From: an uncultured Candidatus Rokubacteria bacterium
GTDB lineage: Bacteria; Methylomirabilota; Methylomirabilia; Rokubacteriales; DASRDR01
NCBI GenBank assembly: GCA_963826115.1
Contig: CAWGVS010000012.1
Span: 1-64,000, forward strand
Length of the DNA: 64,000 bases
Direction of reading: 5' to 3'
The translations under genes and the position numbers were made by a program. Below the pieces are notes generated by a model. It had not been told where the DNA came from, did not search any database, and saw only the letters and a program-made list of their open reading frames with translations. Of this stretch, positions 1 to 9,457 are shown piece by piece (the first letter of the stretch is position 1; every line of letters begins with the position of its first letter).

Positions 1-2
1 AC

Positions 3-464
3 CATCTCTGTGTCGGACGCGATGGTGATCCTTTCACCGTCCATTCGCTGTATGCCACCTGTGGCATCGCCCACGATCATCTTGCCAAGTTTGCGCACCT
101 GCCAGGCTCCGTGACGAGGGGGCCGGATCGCGACAAATGCGTCGTCCTCCTGTCGCCCGAGGCACTGCCGCGCCTCGTTCGCTCGGCGACGATCGGAGCG
201 ATCGTCGTGCCCGTTATCCGTCCCGACGGGCCGACGCGGGTCCGGGAGGCGAGCCGTGGCGAGGCGATGCGGGCGCTCATGCCTGGCTCGATCTCGCCCC
301 GACTCCTCACGGCGGAGGCCTCACGCTACCGGCAATTCGAGAGTATGGCCGTGCTCGCCGCGCAACTCCCCACGTTCCGGCTCGAGCTCGGACCGGACCT
401 CGACACCATTGCCCCGGCCCTCCGTGAATTGGCTGCAGGCCTGCCGGGGTCCGCGGCCGGGTAA
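3..464 (+). CDS. HPr kinase-related P-loop kinase, C-terminal part (5' truncated by window edge)
   Basis: Frame is open from position 3 (HLCVGRDGDPFTVHSLYAT...DKCVVLL...IGAIVVP...LPTFRLELGPDL). The C-terminus resembles HprK-like kinases found beside NTP_transf_5 genes; the Walker A motif would lie outside the window. Confidence 0.5.
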   Translation, partial: HLCVGRDGDPFTVHSLYATCGIAHDHLAKFAHLPGSVTRGPDRDKCVVLLSPEALPRLVRSATIGAIVVPVIRPDGPTRVREASRGEAMRALMPGSISPRLLTAEASRYRQFESMAVLAAQLPTFRLELGPDLDTIAPALRELAAGLPGSAAG

Positions 465-468
465 CGCG

Positions 469-1692
469 GTGCGGAGCCTGCCCGCCGGGCTGCCCGATCT
501 CGCCGCGTATGGCTGCGTGCCCGACCGCGACACGATCGAGCTATTGCGTGCGCTGGTTCTCGGCGAGCCCCTGAGCGATTCGGCGCGCGCCGTCGTCGAA
601 GTCGCCTGCGCCGACGGTGTCGATCGCGGCCTGGTCCGTCTGCTACCCCTGTTGCATGGCCATCCCGGTGTCGCCGAGCTCGATCCGCGACTTCGCCGAC
701 GCATCGAACAGGAACATCGCCTGGCCAGCCTGCGCTTTGTCGTCCTGGACCGCACCGCGCGCCGCCTGGTCGAGACGCTGCGGCCCGCAGGTATCGTGCC
801 TCTGTTCCTCAAGGGTTATCCGCTGGCGTGCCGAGTCTATGCCTCACCGGCGCTGAGGCCGATGCGCGATCTCGATCTGGCGGTCGGCGTTGGGCAGTTC
901 GAGCCGGCTTGCGACCTGCTGCGCGAGCTGGGATTTCGGGAGAAGGTCGACCGGCCGATGAGTTTGGGGCCCGGCCGGCATGCGGCAACCTTCAGTCATG
1001 AGGTGGGCGCGCAGATCGTCGACCTCCACCAATTCGTCCTTGCCTCCTCGCGCTGGGCCGGGGCGGACGAGGGATTCTGGGCGCGGAGCGAGACCCTGCC
1101 GATGGGTGACGCTCGCGCTCTGACGTTGGCCGCCGAGGACCACGTGCTGCTCAGCTGCCTGCACGGCTATGCGCGCCACCCCGCGCAATCGCCGTTCCGC
1201 TGGATCGTCGATGCCTGCTCACTGCTTGCGCGCGCCGGCGAGGGCTTCCGCTGGGAGGCCCTGCTCGCCGAATCCGAACGGCAGCGTTGCGAGGGCGTGC
1301 TCGCGGCCGCACTGGGCTTCCTGTCTCGTCATCTCGACGCGCCGGTGCCTGTCGCAGTTCTGACGCGACTGGCGGCGGCGCCGCCTCGGCCCCACGACGA
1401 GGCGTATTTCCGGATACATGGGCGGCTCGAATCGCCCTCGCTGGCAATGCGCATGCGCGCCCTCTGGGCGGGCTACCGCCGCCACGAGAACGGGGCTCCG
1501 CCCGGGCCTCTGGCGATCGCGCGCTGGCTCGGCCGGCGCTGGGGGAGCCGGTCAATTCCGGAGACTCTACTGGAGGGCCTGCGGCGCTTCCCCCGCGCCA
1601 AGACGGATCGCGCCAAGCAGAAGCGAGGCGCCGAGGTCACCGCGCACACCCGACGTCTCGGGAAGGCCCTGGCGGCGAAGCGCCCGCCGTGA
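469..1692 (+). CDS. Nucleotidyltransferase family protein (NTP_transf_5-like)
   Basis: LFLKGYPLA...YASPALRPMRDLDLAV, VDLH and WIVD motifs; GTG at 469 lies 4 nt after the upstream TAA. Confidence 0.8.
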   Translation: MRSLPAGLPDLAAYGCVPDRDTIELLRALVLGEPLSDSARAVVEVACADGVDRGLVRLLPLLHGHPGVAELDPRLRRRIEQEHRLASLRFVVLDRTARRLVETLRPAGIVPLFLKGYPLACRVYASPALRPMRDLDLAVGVGQFEPACDLLRELGFREKVDRPMSLGPGRHAATFSHEVGAQIVDLHQFVLASSRWAGADEGFWARSETLPMGDARALTLAAEDHVLLSCLHGYARHPAQSPFRWIVDACSLLARAGEGFRWEALLAESERQRCEGVLAAALGFLSRHLDAPVPVAVLTRLAAAPPRPHDEAYFRIHGRLESPSLAMRMRALWAGYRRHENGAPPGPLAIARWLGRRWGSRSIPETLLEGLRRFPRAKTDRAKQKRGAEVTAHTRRLGKALAAKRPP

Positions 1693-2831
1693 TCCCCACC
1701 GGCCCCTCGATTCATCTCCGGGACGTGCTGGCCCACGAGTTCCGGCCGCCGGAGGTCTCGAGCGAGGAAGCCGACCTCCTGCGCGCCTGCGTGGCGCTGC
1801 CCGTCGAAGCCGACGAAGCATGGCGCCGCTGCGTCGACCGCCTGATCCTCAAGTCCCAACGGGCTTCGAGCGACGAGCCCGCCTTTCCGCCAACGGTCCG
1901 CGCGCTTCTGCCGCTGCTCGTCGACCGTAGGACGCCGTCCGAGACCCCTCTGCCGGCCGGGCTCGCCAGTCGGCTGCGCGCCGCCCGCACCATCGAGCTC
2001 CACCGCAACGAGGCATTGCGAGCGATCGCCGCCGCCGTTCTCGGGCATCCGGACGTCGCCCGTGGTCGACCCGTGTTGCTGGGTGGCGTGGCCCTGGCAG
2101 ATGGCGTCTGGCCCGAGCCGAGGCTGCGCCACACCAGCCGGCTTGACGTGCTTCTACCGTCGGCGCGCGCGGCCCGGCGAGCGGGGATGGCCCTCGCGGA
2201 GGCCGGGCTGGTCGGCGCCCCACGCCGCGGCGATTGGGTCGGCGCCGCAATGCGGTTGCGCCACCCGAGCGGCATGGCGGTCATCCTCCATGGAGGTGTC
2301 TACTCGGCGCTGGTGTTCCGCCTGAGCTATGACCGGCTGATGGCTCACGCGGTGGCCGGCGTGGTGAACGGCGTCGAGGTCTTGCGGTGTGGTCCGTCCG
2401 CTTGCTTCACGCTGACCACCATCGCCGCGTTGCGCCATTCCGCCGGAGCCAGCTTGCTCTGGCTGGCCGACGCGGTCTTCCTGCTCCGCCGCGCGGCCGA
2501 TGAGATCGCCGATGGCGAGCTCGCGTCCGGGGGGCCGCTGGTGGCGCGGCTCGCCGCCAGGCAAGTCGTGTGCCGGGCTGCCGAGATCGATTCGGCCTTG
2601 ACCACTGATCCCGCGGTTGCCCGCCTAGCGAACCCGTCTTTGGCGGCCGAGACGCCGGAGAGTCTCATGGCGGCGTTGCGCCGCTTGCGCCAGGCCGTGG
2701 CCGCCGTCCCCGGTCGCCGCGCGCGGCTCGGCTGGCTCTACCGGCTCGTACCGCCTCACCTGGCAACTCGGCTTCGTCGACGGCTCGCGTCCGGTCGAGT
2801 CACCGCGCGACCGCCCTATCAGGGCATGTAG
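1689..2831 (+). CDS. Second, degenerate NTP_transf_5-like nucleotidyltransferase
   Basis: GTGA overlap with the upstream gene; PVLLGGVALA...WPEPRLRHTSRLDVLL, VILH and WLAD are recognisable but altered motifs. Confidence 0.65.
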   Translation: MIPTGPSIHLRDVLAHEFRPPEVSSEEADLLRACVALPVEADEAWRRCVDRLILKSQRASSDEPAFPPTVRALLPLLVDRRTPSETPLPAGLASRLRAARTIELHRNEALRAIAAAVLGHPDVARGRPVLLGGVALADGVWPEPRLRHTSRLDVLLPSARAARRAGMALAEAGLVGAPRRGDWVGAAMRLRHPSGMAVILHGGVYSALVFRLSYDRLMAHAVAGVVNGVEVLRCGPSACFTLTTIAALRHSAGASLLWLADAVFLLRRAADEIADGELASGGPLVARLAARQVVCRAAEIDSALTTDPAVARLANPSLAAETPESLMAALRRLRQAVAAVPGRRARLGWLYRLVPPHLATRLRRRLASGRVTARPPYQGM

Positions 2832-3526
2832 CGGGCAATCCAGGGCGCCTGCTGACGTACCAGTGCCATGTGCGGCTTGTAGACGCCGGGGAAAAAGACG
2901 ATGCGGCTGTCGAGGGGCAGATCAAGCGCGCAGTCCAGCGTGAAGTGCAGCACGCCGTCGACCCTGGTCCAGACCGGCTCCGCGCCCCCGAGAACATGGG
3001 CGATCCACGACTGGTCAGTTCCCTTGTAGCCGGCGGCGCGCGCCAACGCGGGGCTCCGCGCGGGGTCGAAGCTGGTCCAGACCTCCGCCCGGGCGCCGGC
3101 GTCCATCATCACCATGGATCCGTTGTAGGGCGTGCCCACGACCGAGTCCGAACGGTAGAAAACCGCAGGTTCGGCGCGCTCGAAGAGCGGGTCGAGCGGC
3201 CCGACGACGATGCTGTCAAGATCGATCCAGACGAAGCGTGGGCCAATCAGCTCGCGCATCTCGGGCGCGAAGGCCTTCAGCCGGCACCAGCACCCGCCGA
3301 GCTCGCGCCCTTCGGGCCAGAGCGGGACGACGCGAATCGCGCTCGAAAGGCCCCGACCATCGTCCGTGATACAGACGACGTCATGCGGGATCGAAAGATA
3401 GCGCTGCAGCTCGACCACCTTGCGGTTCACCGCCTCCGCGGAGTAATCGAACAGGATGTGGCGCTTGCGTTGGTCCCGCCATTTCCACAACACGACTTGC
3501 AGACGATCGGCGCCACTGCCCGCCAC
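2819..3526 (-). CDS. GT-A fold glycosyltransferase (small DxD type)
   Basis: VVLWKW...VCITDD...CWCRLKAF...WIDLDSIVVG...YNGSMVMM...GTDQSWI...FFPG; GGAGGG RBS precedes GTG at 3526. Confidence 0.7.
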   Translation of the reverse strand: MAGSGADRLQVVLWKWRDQRKRHILFDYSAEAVNRKVVELQRYLSIPHDVVCITDDGRGLSSAIRVVPLWPEGRELGGCWCRLKAFAPEMRELIGPRFVWIDLDSIVVGPLDPLFERAEPAVFYRSDSVVGTPYNGSMVMMDAGARAEVWTSFDPARSPALARAAGYKGTDQSWIAHVLGGAEPVWTRVDGVLHFTLDCALDLPLDSRIVFFPGVYKPHMALVRQQAPWIARYMP

Positions 3527-4129
3527 ACCCGTCCCTCCCGTCGAGCCGCCCGGCTCACAGCTTGAGGGCAGGGCCTGTTCGGCACAAGGAGGCGCCGGCG
3601 GCGCCGTGAGAAGCCGCGACTGGTCACGCCCTGCGACGTCTCCGACTCGGTGCGCAACGCCGGGCGCTCCAGGCCCGATGGCGGGAGACAAGAAACACGC
3701 TGTGGGGCGCTGCCTTCCTTCACCTTCCCAGCCCGAGCACTCCGGAGACTCCTGGGCGACCTGCTTCCACGGCTCGAGCTCCGATCCCGGCATCCTTCCT
3801 GGGCGTGGCGCTCGTCGCTGTCAGGAATACTGGTGATGTCGACGGCGTCTTGTCCCATGTCGCCGGTGACACAACTTTGATTCGTCTTGCTGGCACGAAG
3901 ACGACAAGGCGGAGCATAGGGAGGCGGTGACGACGAACCTGGCGCGCACCTATCACGTCATGGAGATGACCTTCCCAGATGCGACAACGACCGTGCGCCA
4001 TTGCGCTGACATGCCGGCACTGGCACGGGCCGGGGCCGCGCGAGGCGTGGCCTCGGTGGGTCCCGCGCGGGACAGGACACGCTCGGCGCTGGACACGGAG
4101 GTGACCTCCTCGGCTGACCGGCGGGCCGG

Positions 4130-4135
4130 TATACT
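4130..4135 (+). promoter_or_regulatory. -10 element TATACT, probable leaderless promoter of the aminotransferase
   Basis: TATACT ends 6 nt before ATG 4142; no Shine-Dalgarno. Confidence 0.55.
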
Positions 4136-4141
4136 CGCGCC

Positions 4142-5488
4142 ATGACAACCAGCGCGGCCGCCATCCGGCACCTGTGGACGCACAAGACCCAGGACCACCC
4201 CTGGCTCCCGGACGAAGCCCTGGTCGTCGACCACGCCGAGGGGGTGTGGGTGTGGACCGAGCAGGGGACTCGCCTGCTGGACAGCTTCGCCGGCCTGGCG
4301 GTGGTGAACGTCGGGCACGGCCGGCGGGAGATCGTCGAGGCGGTCGCCGAGCAGACGATGCGGCTGGCCTACTACCCGACGACCCGCCAGTTCGTGAACC
4401 GCCCGGCCGCCGAGCTGGCCACCCGTCTGGCCGCCCTGACCCCGGGAGACCTCGACTACACGCTGTTCGCGGTCAGCGGCTCGGAGGCCAACGAGCGGGC
4501 CATGCAGATGGCCCGGCACTACTGGCTGGCCCGGGGCCGGCCGGCCAAGTACAAGGTGCTGTCGCTGGTGGGCGGGTACCACGGCGCGACCATGGGCACC
4601 TACGCCGTGTGCGGATTGCCCGCGCTGGCCGCCCCCTACGCGCCGCTCCAGCCGGCCGGTTTCGTGAAGGTCACGCCGCCGTACCCCTTCCGCGACCGCG
4701 GGATCGGCACCGACGCGGAGCTCGTGGAGCGGCGGGCCCGGGAGTTGCGCGCGGCCATCGAGGCGGAAGGACCCGACACGGTCTCGGCGGTCATCATGGA
4801 GCCGGTCCTGTCGGCGGGTGGGTTCATCATGCCGCCCGTGGGCTGGCTCCGGTGGGTGCGCCGGATCTGCGACGACCTCGACGTCCTGATGATCGCCGAC
4901 GAGGTGATCACGGGCTTCGGCCGCTCCGGCCGGTGGTTCGCCGTCGAGCACGACGGCGTGGTTCCCGACATCCTGTCGGTGGCCAAGGGGATCACCTCGG
5001 GCTACGTGCCCCTGTCGGCCGCCATCGCCCGCCGGTCCATCGCCGACGCCTTCTCCGAGACGACCACGCAGGAGAACGTCCACCCCAACACGTACGCCGC
5101 CCATCCGGTGGCCTGCGCCGCCGGGTTGGCCAACCTGCGCATCATGGAGCAGGACGGCCTGGTGGCCAACGCGGCGGCCAAGGGAACCCGGCTGGTCGAG
5201 GGCCTCGTCCAGGCGGTCGGCAAGCGCCGGATCGTCGGAGAGGTCCGGGGCCGCGGGCTCATGGTGGCGCTGGAGTTCGTGGCGCCGGACGGGTCGGGCC
5301 GCCCGCTGGACGCCGACCTCGTGGCGAGCCTGGACCGCAGGGGCTGGGAGCGGGGCGCGATCCTGTACGCCCGCGGCTCGGTCCTCCGCCTGGCGCCTCC
5401 TCTCTGCATCAGCGATCCGGAGGTCGACCGCCTGGTGGACATCGTGGCGGACAGCGTTGCGGAGCTGGACGAGGAGCTGACGCCCTAG
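4142..5488 (+). CDS. Class III PLP-dependent aminotransferase (omega-amine/BioA-like)
   Basis: SGSEANE, YHGAT, IADEVITGFGRSG, SVAKGITSGY (PLP Lys), RLAPPL. Confidence 0.92.
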   Translation: MTTSAAAIRHLWTHKTQDHPWLPDEALVVDHAEGVWVWTEQGTRLLDSFAGLAVVNVGHGRREIVEAVAEQTMRLAYYPTTRQFVNRPAAELATRLAALTPGDLDYTLFAVSGSEANERAMQMARHYWLARGRPAKYKVLSLVGGYHGATMGTYAVCGLPALAAPYAPLQPAGFVKVTPPYPFRDRGIGTDAELVERRARELRAAIEAEGPDTVSAVIMEPVLSAGGFIMPPVGWLRWVRRICDDLDVLMIADEVITGFGRSGRWFAVEHDGVVPDILSVAKGITSGYVPLSAAIARRSIADAFSETTTQENVHPNTYAAHPVACAAGLANLRIMEQDGLVANAAAKGTRLVEGLVQAVGKRRIVGEVRGRGLMVALEFVAPDGSGRPLDADLVASLDRRGWERGAILYARGSVLRLAPPLCISDPEVDRLVDIVADSVAELDEELTP

Positions 5489-5542
5489 CCACCCGGACGC
5501 TGATCGGCGGCGAGGGAGCGCCGGATAGCAAGCGTCCGGCCG

Positions 5543-6649
5543 TCAGCCGCCGAAGAGCTTCTTGAGCGACTCCAGGAAGCCGCCGACGAGCGGGCCCTGC
5601 TCCTCGCCGGAGGACACGCGCTGGTACTCCTCGAGGAGCTCCTTCTGCCTGCCGGTCAACTTGCGCGGGACCTCCACCACCACCGAGTAGCAGGCGTCGC
5701 CGCGCCCGCGGCCGTGGAGCGAGGGCATCCCCTTCCCGCGGAGCCGGAGGACGTCCCCGTTCTGGGCGCCGGCCGGCACCTTGAGCTGGGCGACGCCGTC
5801 GAGGATCGGGACGTCCACCTCGGCGCCGAGCGCCGCCTGGGGGAACGTGAGCGGGAGCGCGCAGTAGAGCTCGTTGCCCTGCCGGGTGAAGAAGGCGTGC
5901 TGCTTCACGTGGAGGACGACGTAGAGGTCACCCGGGGGGCCGCCGCCCACGCCGCCCTCGCCCTCCCCGGCGACGCGCATCTGCGCGCCCTCGTCGACGC
6001 CGGGCGGGATGCGCACCTTGAGCGTCCGCTCCTGCTGGACGCGGCCCTCGCCCGAGCAGGTCTTGCAGGGGTTCTTGACGATCTGCCCCTCGCCGCCGCA
6101 CTGGCCGCACGTCCGGGCCACCGTGAGGAAGCCCTGCTGGTAGCGGAGCTGCCCGCGCCCCTTGCAGGTCGGACACTGGGTCCGCCCCGATCCCGGCTCG
6201 GCGCCGCTCCCCTTGCACGTCTCGCAGGTCTCGAGCCGCGGGATCTGGAGCTTCGTCTCGAGCCCCTTGGCCGCCTCCTCGAGCGTGAGCTCGAGGTCGT
6301 ACCGGAGATCGTCGCCGGCCCGTCCACGGCCGCCCCGGCGGCCCCCGCGCCCGCCCCCGAAGAACCCCTCGAAGAGATCGCCGAAGAGGTCCTCGAGCCC
6401 GCCGAGGTCCGGGCCGCCCGGCGGCAGATCCACGCGGCCGTAGCGGTCGTACTGGGCGCGGCGCTGGCCGTCCGACAGGACAGCGTAGGCCTCGTTGATG
6501 ACCTTGAACCGCTCCTCGGCGTGGGCGTCGTCGGGGTTGCGGTCCGGATGGTGCTTCAACGCGAGCTGCCGGAAGGCCTTCTTGATCTCGACGTCGCTCG
6601 CGTCCCGCGAGACGCCGAGGATCTCGTAGTAGTCGCGCTGAGCGGCCAT
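5543..6649 (-). CDS. dnaJ: Chaperone DnaJ
   Basis: J domain with HPD, G/F region, four CxxCxGxG repeats, C-terminal domain; downstream of grpE. Confidence 0.97.
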   Translation of the reverse strand: MAAQRDYYEILGVSRDASDVEIKKAFRQLALKHHPDRNPDDAHAEERFKVINEAYAVLSDGQRRAQYDRYGRVDLPPGGPDLGGLEDLFGDLFEGFFGGGRGGRRGGRGRAGDDLRYDLELTLEEAAKGLETKLQIPRLETCETCKGSGAEPGSGRTQCPTCKGRGQLRYQQGFLTVARTCGQCGGEGQIVKNPCKTCSGEGRVQQERTLKVRIPPGVDEGAQMRVAGEGEGGVGGGPPGDLYVVLHVKQHAFFTRQGNELYCALPLTFPQAALGAEVDVPILDGVAQLKVPAGAQNGDVLRLRGKGMPSLHGRGRGDACYSVVVEVPRKLTGRQKELLEEYQRVSSGEEQGPLVGGFLESLKKLFGG

Positions 6650-6692
6650 GGCTATCGGGTTCGCGGCGCGCCGGGCGGTCGGCCCCGGCCGG

Positions 6693-7265
6693 TCAGTTCG
6701 CGTCCTCGCCGCCGGCCGGGTGGACGGCGACGACGACCTGCGCGGGGCGCAGCACGCGGTCCTGGAAGAGGTAGCCTCGGAGCGCCTCGGTCACGACCGT
6801 CTGGTCCGCGAGGTCGGCGCGCTCGACCCGCCCCACGGCCTCGTGGCGCGTCGGATCGAAGGGCTGCCCGACGGCGACGAACGGCCGGACCCCGAGGCGC
6901 TCCAGCGCGGCGAGGAAGTCCCGGTGGATCAGCTCCACGCCGGTCCGCAGGCCCGGGTCGGCGCCGCGCGCCGGCGGCGCGGCCAGGGCCCGATCGAAGT
7001 TGTCGATTGTCGGAAGGATCTCCCGGAGCAGCGTCTCCTGCGCCTGGCGCCGCCAGTCGTCGCGATCCCGGTTGGTCCGGCGCCGGAAGTTCTCGAACTC
7101 GGCGAGCGTGCGGAGATAGCGGTCCTGGGCCTCGGCGGCCTCGCGCGCCCGGGCGTCCCGCTCGGCCCGGACCGTTTCGAGGCTCTCTTCCGGCGCGCCG
7201 GCGGCATCCACCGCGTCGGGGTCGCTCCAGGCGTCGTCCGGTCCGCGCCAGCGATCGTTCGCCAT
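6693..7265 (-). CDS. grpE: Nucleotide exchange factor GrpE
   Basis: [41 protein letters not shown]. Confidence 0.97.
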   Translation of the reverse strand: MANDRWRGPDDAWSDPDAVDAAGAPEESLETVRAERDARAREAAEAQDRYLRTLAEFENFRRRTNRDRDDWRRQAQETLLREILPTIDNFDRALAAPPARGADPGLRTGVELIHRDFLAALERLGVRPFVAVGQPFDPTRHEAVGRVERADLADQTVVTEALRGYLFQDRVLRPAQVVVAVHPAGGEDAN

Positions 7266-7268
7266 GGC

Positions 7269-8321
7269 CTAGCCGAGCGGCGCCGCGCCGCCGAGGCGGG
7301 TGAGGCGCCGGGAGACGAGCCGCGCCGTGTACTCGACCAGCGGCACGATCTTCGCGTAGGGCATCCGCCGCGGCCCCACGATGCCGAGGACGCCCAGCAC
7401 GCGGTCGTGGAACCGGTAGGACGCCGCGACCAGGCTGGTCTCCTGCATCTCCTGGTAGGGCATCTCGGATCCGATCACCACCTGCACCGCGCCCGAGGCC
7501 TGCGCGCGCGTCGTGAGGAGCTCGATCAGCTGGCGCTTCTCCTCGAAGGTCTTGAGGAGAGCCCGCATCGTGCCGATGCCGAACTCGGGCTGGTCCAGCA
7601 TGTTCATCGCCCCGCCGACGTAGAGGTTCCGGTCCCAGAGCGACTGGAAGACCTTGCGCGCCACGTAGGCGGCCGTGCGCAGCACGCGCTCGGGGCCCGG
7701 GGCCACGCCCCCCTCGGCCACCTGGGTCCGGATCTCCTGGAACGTGAGCCCGGCGTAGCGCTCGGTGAGGAGCCGCGCGACCTCGGGCACCTCGCTCCGC
7801 GGCACCGGCTCCTCGAAGGCGAGGATGCGGCTCATCCCCCAGCCCGTCTCCGTCGCCAGCACGACGATCGCCCGGTCGCCCTCGACCGGGATGAGGTCGA
7901 CGCGCTCGAGCCGCGTGTGCTGGAGCGGCGGCGCGAGGATGACCGCCGCGTAGTGCGAGAGCTCCGACAGCTGGGCCGACGTCGCCTCCATGAGGTCGTC
8001 GATCTCGCTCCGGGTCCCCGAGACCTGGCGCTGGAGCCGGTGCGCGTCCGGGCGGCCGATCTCCGTGCGCCCCATCAGGCTGTCGACGTAATACCGGTAG
8101 GCCTTGTCGGTCGGCACCCGCCCGGCCGAGGTATGCGGCTGGGCGAGGTAACCCATCTCCTCGAGGTCTGCCATCGTGTTGCGGATGGTGGCCGGGGACA
8201 GGCCGAGCGCGTGCTTCTTCGCCAGCTGACGGGACCCGACGGGCTCCGCCGTGACGGTGTACTCGAAGAGCAGCGCCTGCAGGACCTGACGGGCGCGCTC
8301 GCTCAGCTCGCTGGTGCTCAT
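7269..8321 (-). CDS. hrcA: Heat-inducible transcription repressor HrcA
   Basis: EPVGSRQL, SPATIRNTMADLEEMGYLAQPHTSAGRVPTDKAYRYYVD, GIVGPRRMPY. Confidence 0.97.
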   Translation of the reverse strand: MSTSELSERARQVLQALLFEYTVTAEPVGSRQLAKKHALGLSPATIRNTMADLEEMGYLAQPHTSAGRVPTDKAYRYYVDSLMGRTEIGRPDAHRLQRQVSGTRSEIDDLMEATSAQLSELSHYAAVILAPPLQHTRLERVDLIPVEGDRAIVVLATETGWGMSRILAFEEPVPRSEVPEVARLLTERYAGLTFQEIRTQVAEGGVAPGPERVLRTAAYVARKVFQSLWDRNLYVGGAMNMLDQPEFGIGTMRALLKTFEEKRQLIELLTTRAQASGAVQVVIGSEMPYQEMQETSLVAASYRFHDRVLGVLGIVGPRRMPYAKIVPLVEYTARLVSRRLTRLGGAAPLG

Positions 8322-8384
8322 GGACTCCCTGTCCGTGTCAATGGACGGACGCCCGCCCCCGTTCCGGGTGGGCTCGCAATGGCA

Positions 8385-8413
8385 AATATCCAGGCAGGAC
8401 GCGGGGTTGTCAA
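8385..8413 (-). promoter_or_regulatory. Sigma70-type promoter of the hrcA operon
   Basis: Minus strand TTGACA-17 nt-GATATT. Confidence 0.6.
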
Positions 8414-8445
8414 GGTTGCGAGCCCGCCCCGTGGATGGGCAGCGA

Positions 8446-8474
8446 TTGACAGGGCCACGGGCCTCCCCTACAAC
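8446..8474 (+). promoter_or_regulatory. Sigma70-type promoter of the LLM oxidoreductase
   Basis: TTGACA-17 nt-TACAAC, followed by GGAGGAG RBS. Confidence 0.6.
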
Positions 8475-8494
8475 GGCGGGCGGGAGGAGCCCCC

Positions 8495-9448
8495 ATGACC
8501 GTCCAGTTCGGGTTCTCGCTCACTGGCCGCGGAGCCCTGGCGGACCGCGAGACGATCACGATGCTCGCGCAGCGCGCCGAGGCGCTCGGCTACGACTCGA
8601 TCTTCGTCACGGACCGGATGCTGATCCCCGTGGCCGCGACGACGGCGTACCCCTACTCCGCCACGGGCGCGTTCCCGCTCGGGCCCGACGAGCCGTGGCT
8701 CGAATGCCTCACCGCGGTGACCTACCTCGCGACGATCACGCGGCGGATCCGCGTGGGCACGAGCGTGCTCGTGATCCCGTACCGGAACCCCGTCGCCACG
8801 GCGCGCGCGCTCGCCACCGCGGACTACCTCTCGGGCGGGCGCGTGATCCTGGGCGCCGGCATCGGCTGGTGGCGCGAGGAGTTCGCGGCCCTCGGCGTCC
8901 CGTTCGAGGAGCGGGCCGCCCGCACCGTCGAGGCGCTCCGCCTCATGCGCGAGATCTGGACGGCGCCGCGCGTCCGGTTCGAGGGCCGCTTCTGGCAGGT
9001 CCGCGAGGCCGGCGGCGTGCGGCCTCACCCCGCCCAGCGGCCCTCGATCCCCATCTGGATCGGCGGCCACGGCGACGCGGCCCTCCGGCGCGTGGTGGAG
9101 GTCGCCGACGGCTGGCATCCCCTCGGGCTGCGCCCCCCGGTCACGCTCCATCCCCCGGAGCTCGGCGCGCGCGTCCGGCGGCTTCACGAGCTGGCCGCCG
9201 CGGCGGGACGCGACCCGAGCAGCATCGTGGTCGCCTTCAAGGGCCCGATCGCGTTCCGGGACGGCGCGGGCCGCGACCGCGCGCCGCTCACCGGATCCCC
9301 GGCCCAGATCGTCGAGGACCTCCAGGCCTACGTGGCGGCGGGCGCGCGACACTTCGTGCTCGACTTCTCGGTGCCGACGCCGCCCGAGATGCTGGACGTC
9401 CTCGCGCGCTTCGCGGGAGACGTGCGCCCGCGCGTCGGCGCGGGCTAG
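8495..9448 (+). CDS. Luciferase-like (LLM class, possibly F420-dependent) oxidoreductase
   Basis: AEALGYDSIFVTD, IRVGTSVLVIPYRNP, LSGGRVILGAGIGW, PIWIGG, ADGW. Confidence 0.9.
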   Translation: MTVQFGFSLTGRGALADRETITMLAQRAEALGYDSIFVTDRMLIPVAATTAYPYSATGAFPLGPDEPWLECLTAVTYLATITRRIRVGTSVLVIPYRNPVATARALATADYLSGGRVILGAGIGWWREEFAALGVPFEERAARTVEALRLMREIWTAPRVRFEGRFWQVREAGGVRPHPAQRPSIPIWIGGHGDAALRRVVEVADGWHPLGLRPPVTLHPPELGARVRRLHELAAAAGRDPSSIVVAFKGPIAFRDGAGRDRAPLTGSPAQIVEDLQAYVAAGARHFVLDFSVPTPPEMLDVLARFAGDVRPRVGAG

Positions 9449-9457
9449 CGTCCTCGC

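Noticed and set aside
3927-4145. 72-aa ORF with a GGAGG RBS before the aminotransferase
   Set aside because: No recognisable motif, and it runs through the apparent promoter of the next gene; at best a remnant.
8322-8494. CIRCE element upstream of hrcA
   Set aside because: No TTAGCACTC-N9-GAGTGCTAA match was found on either strand.
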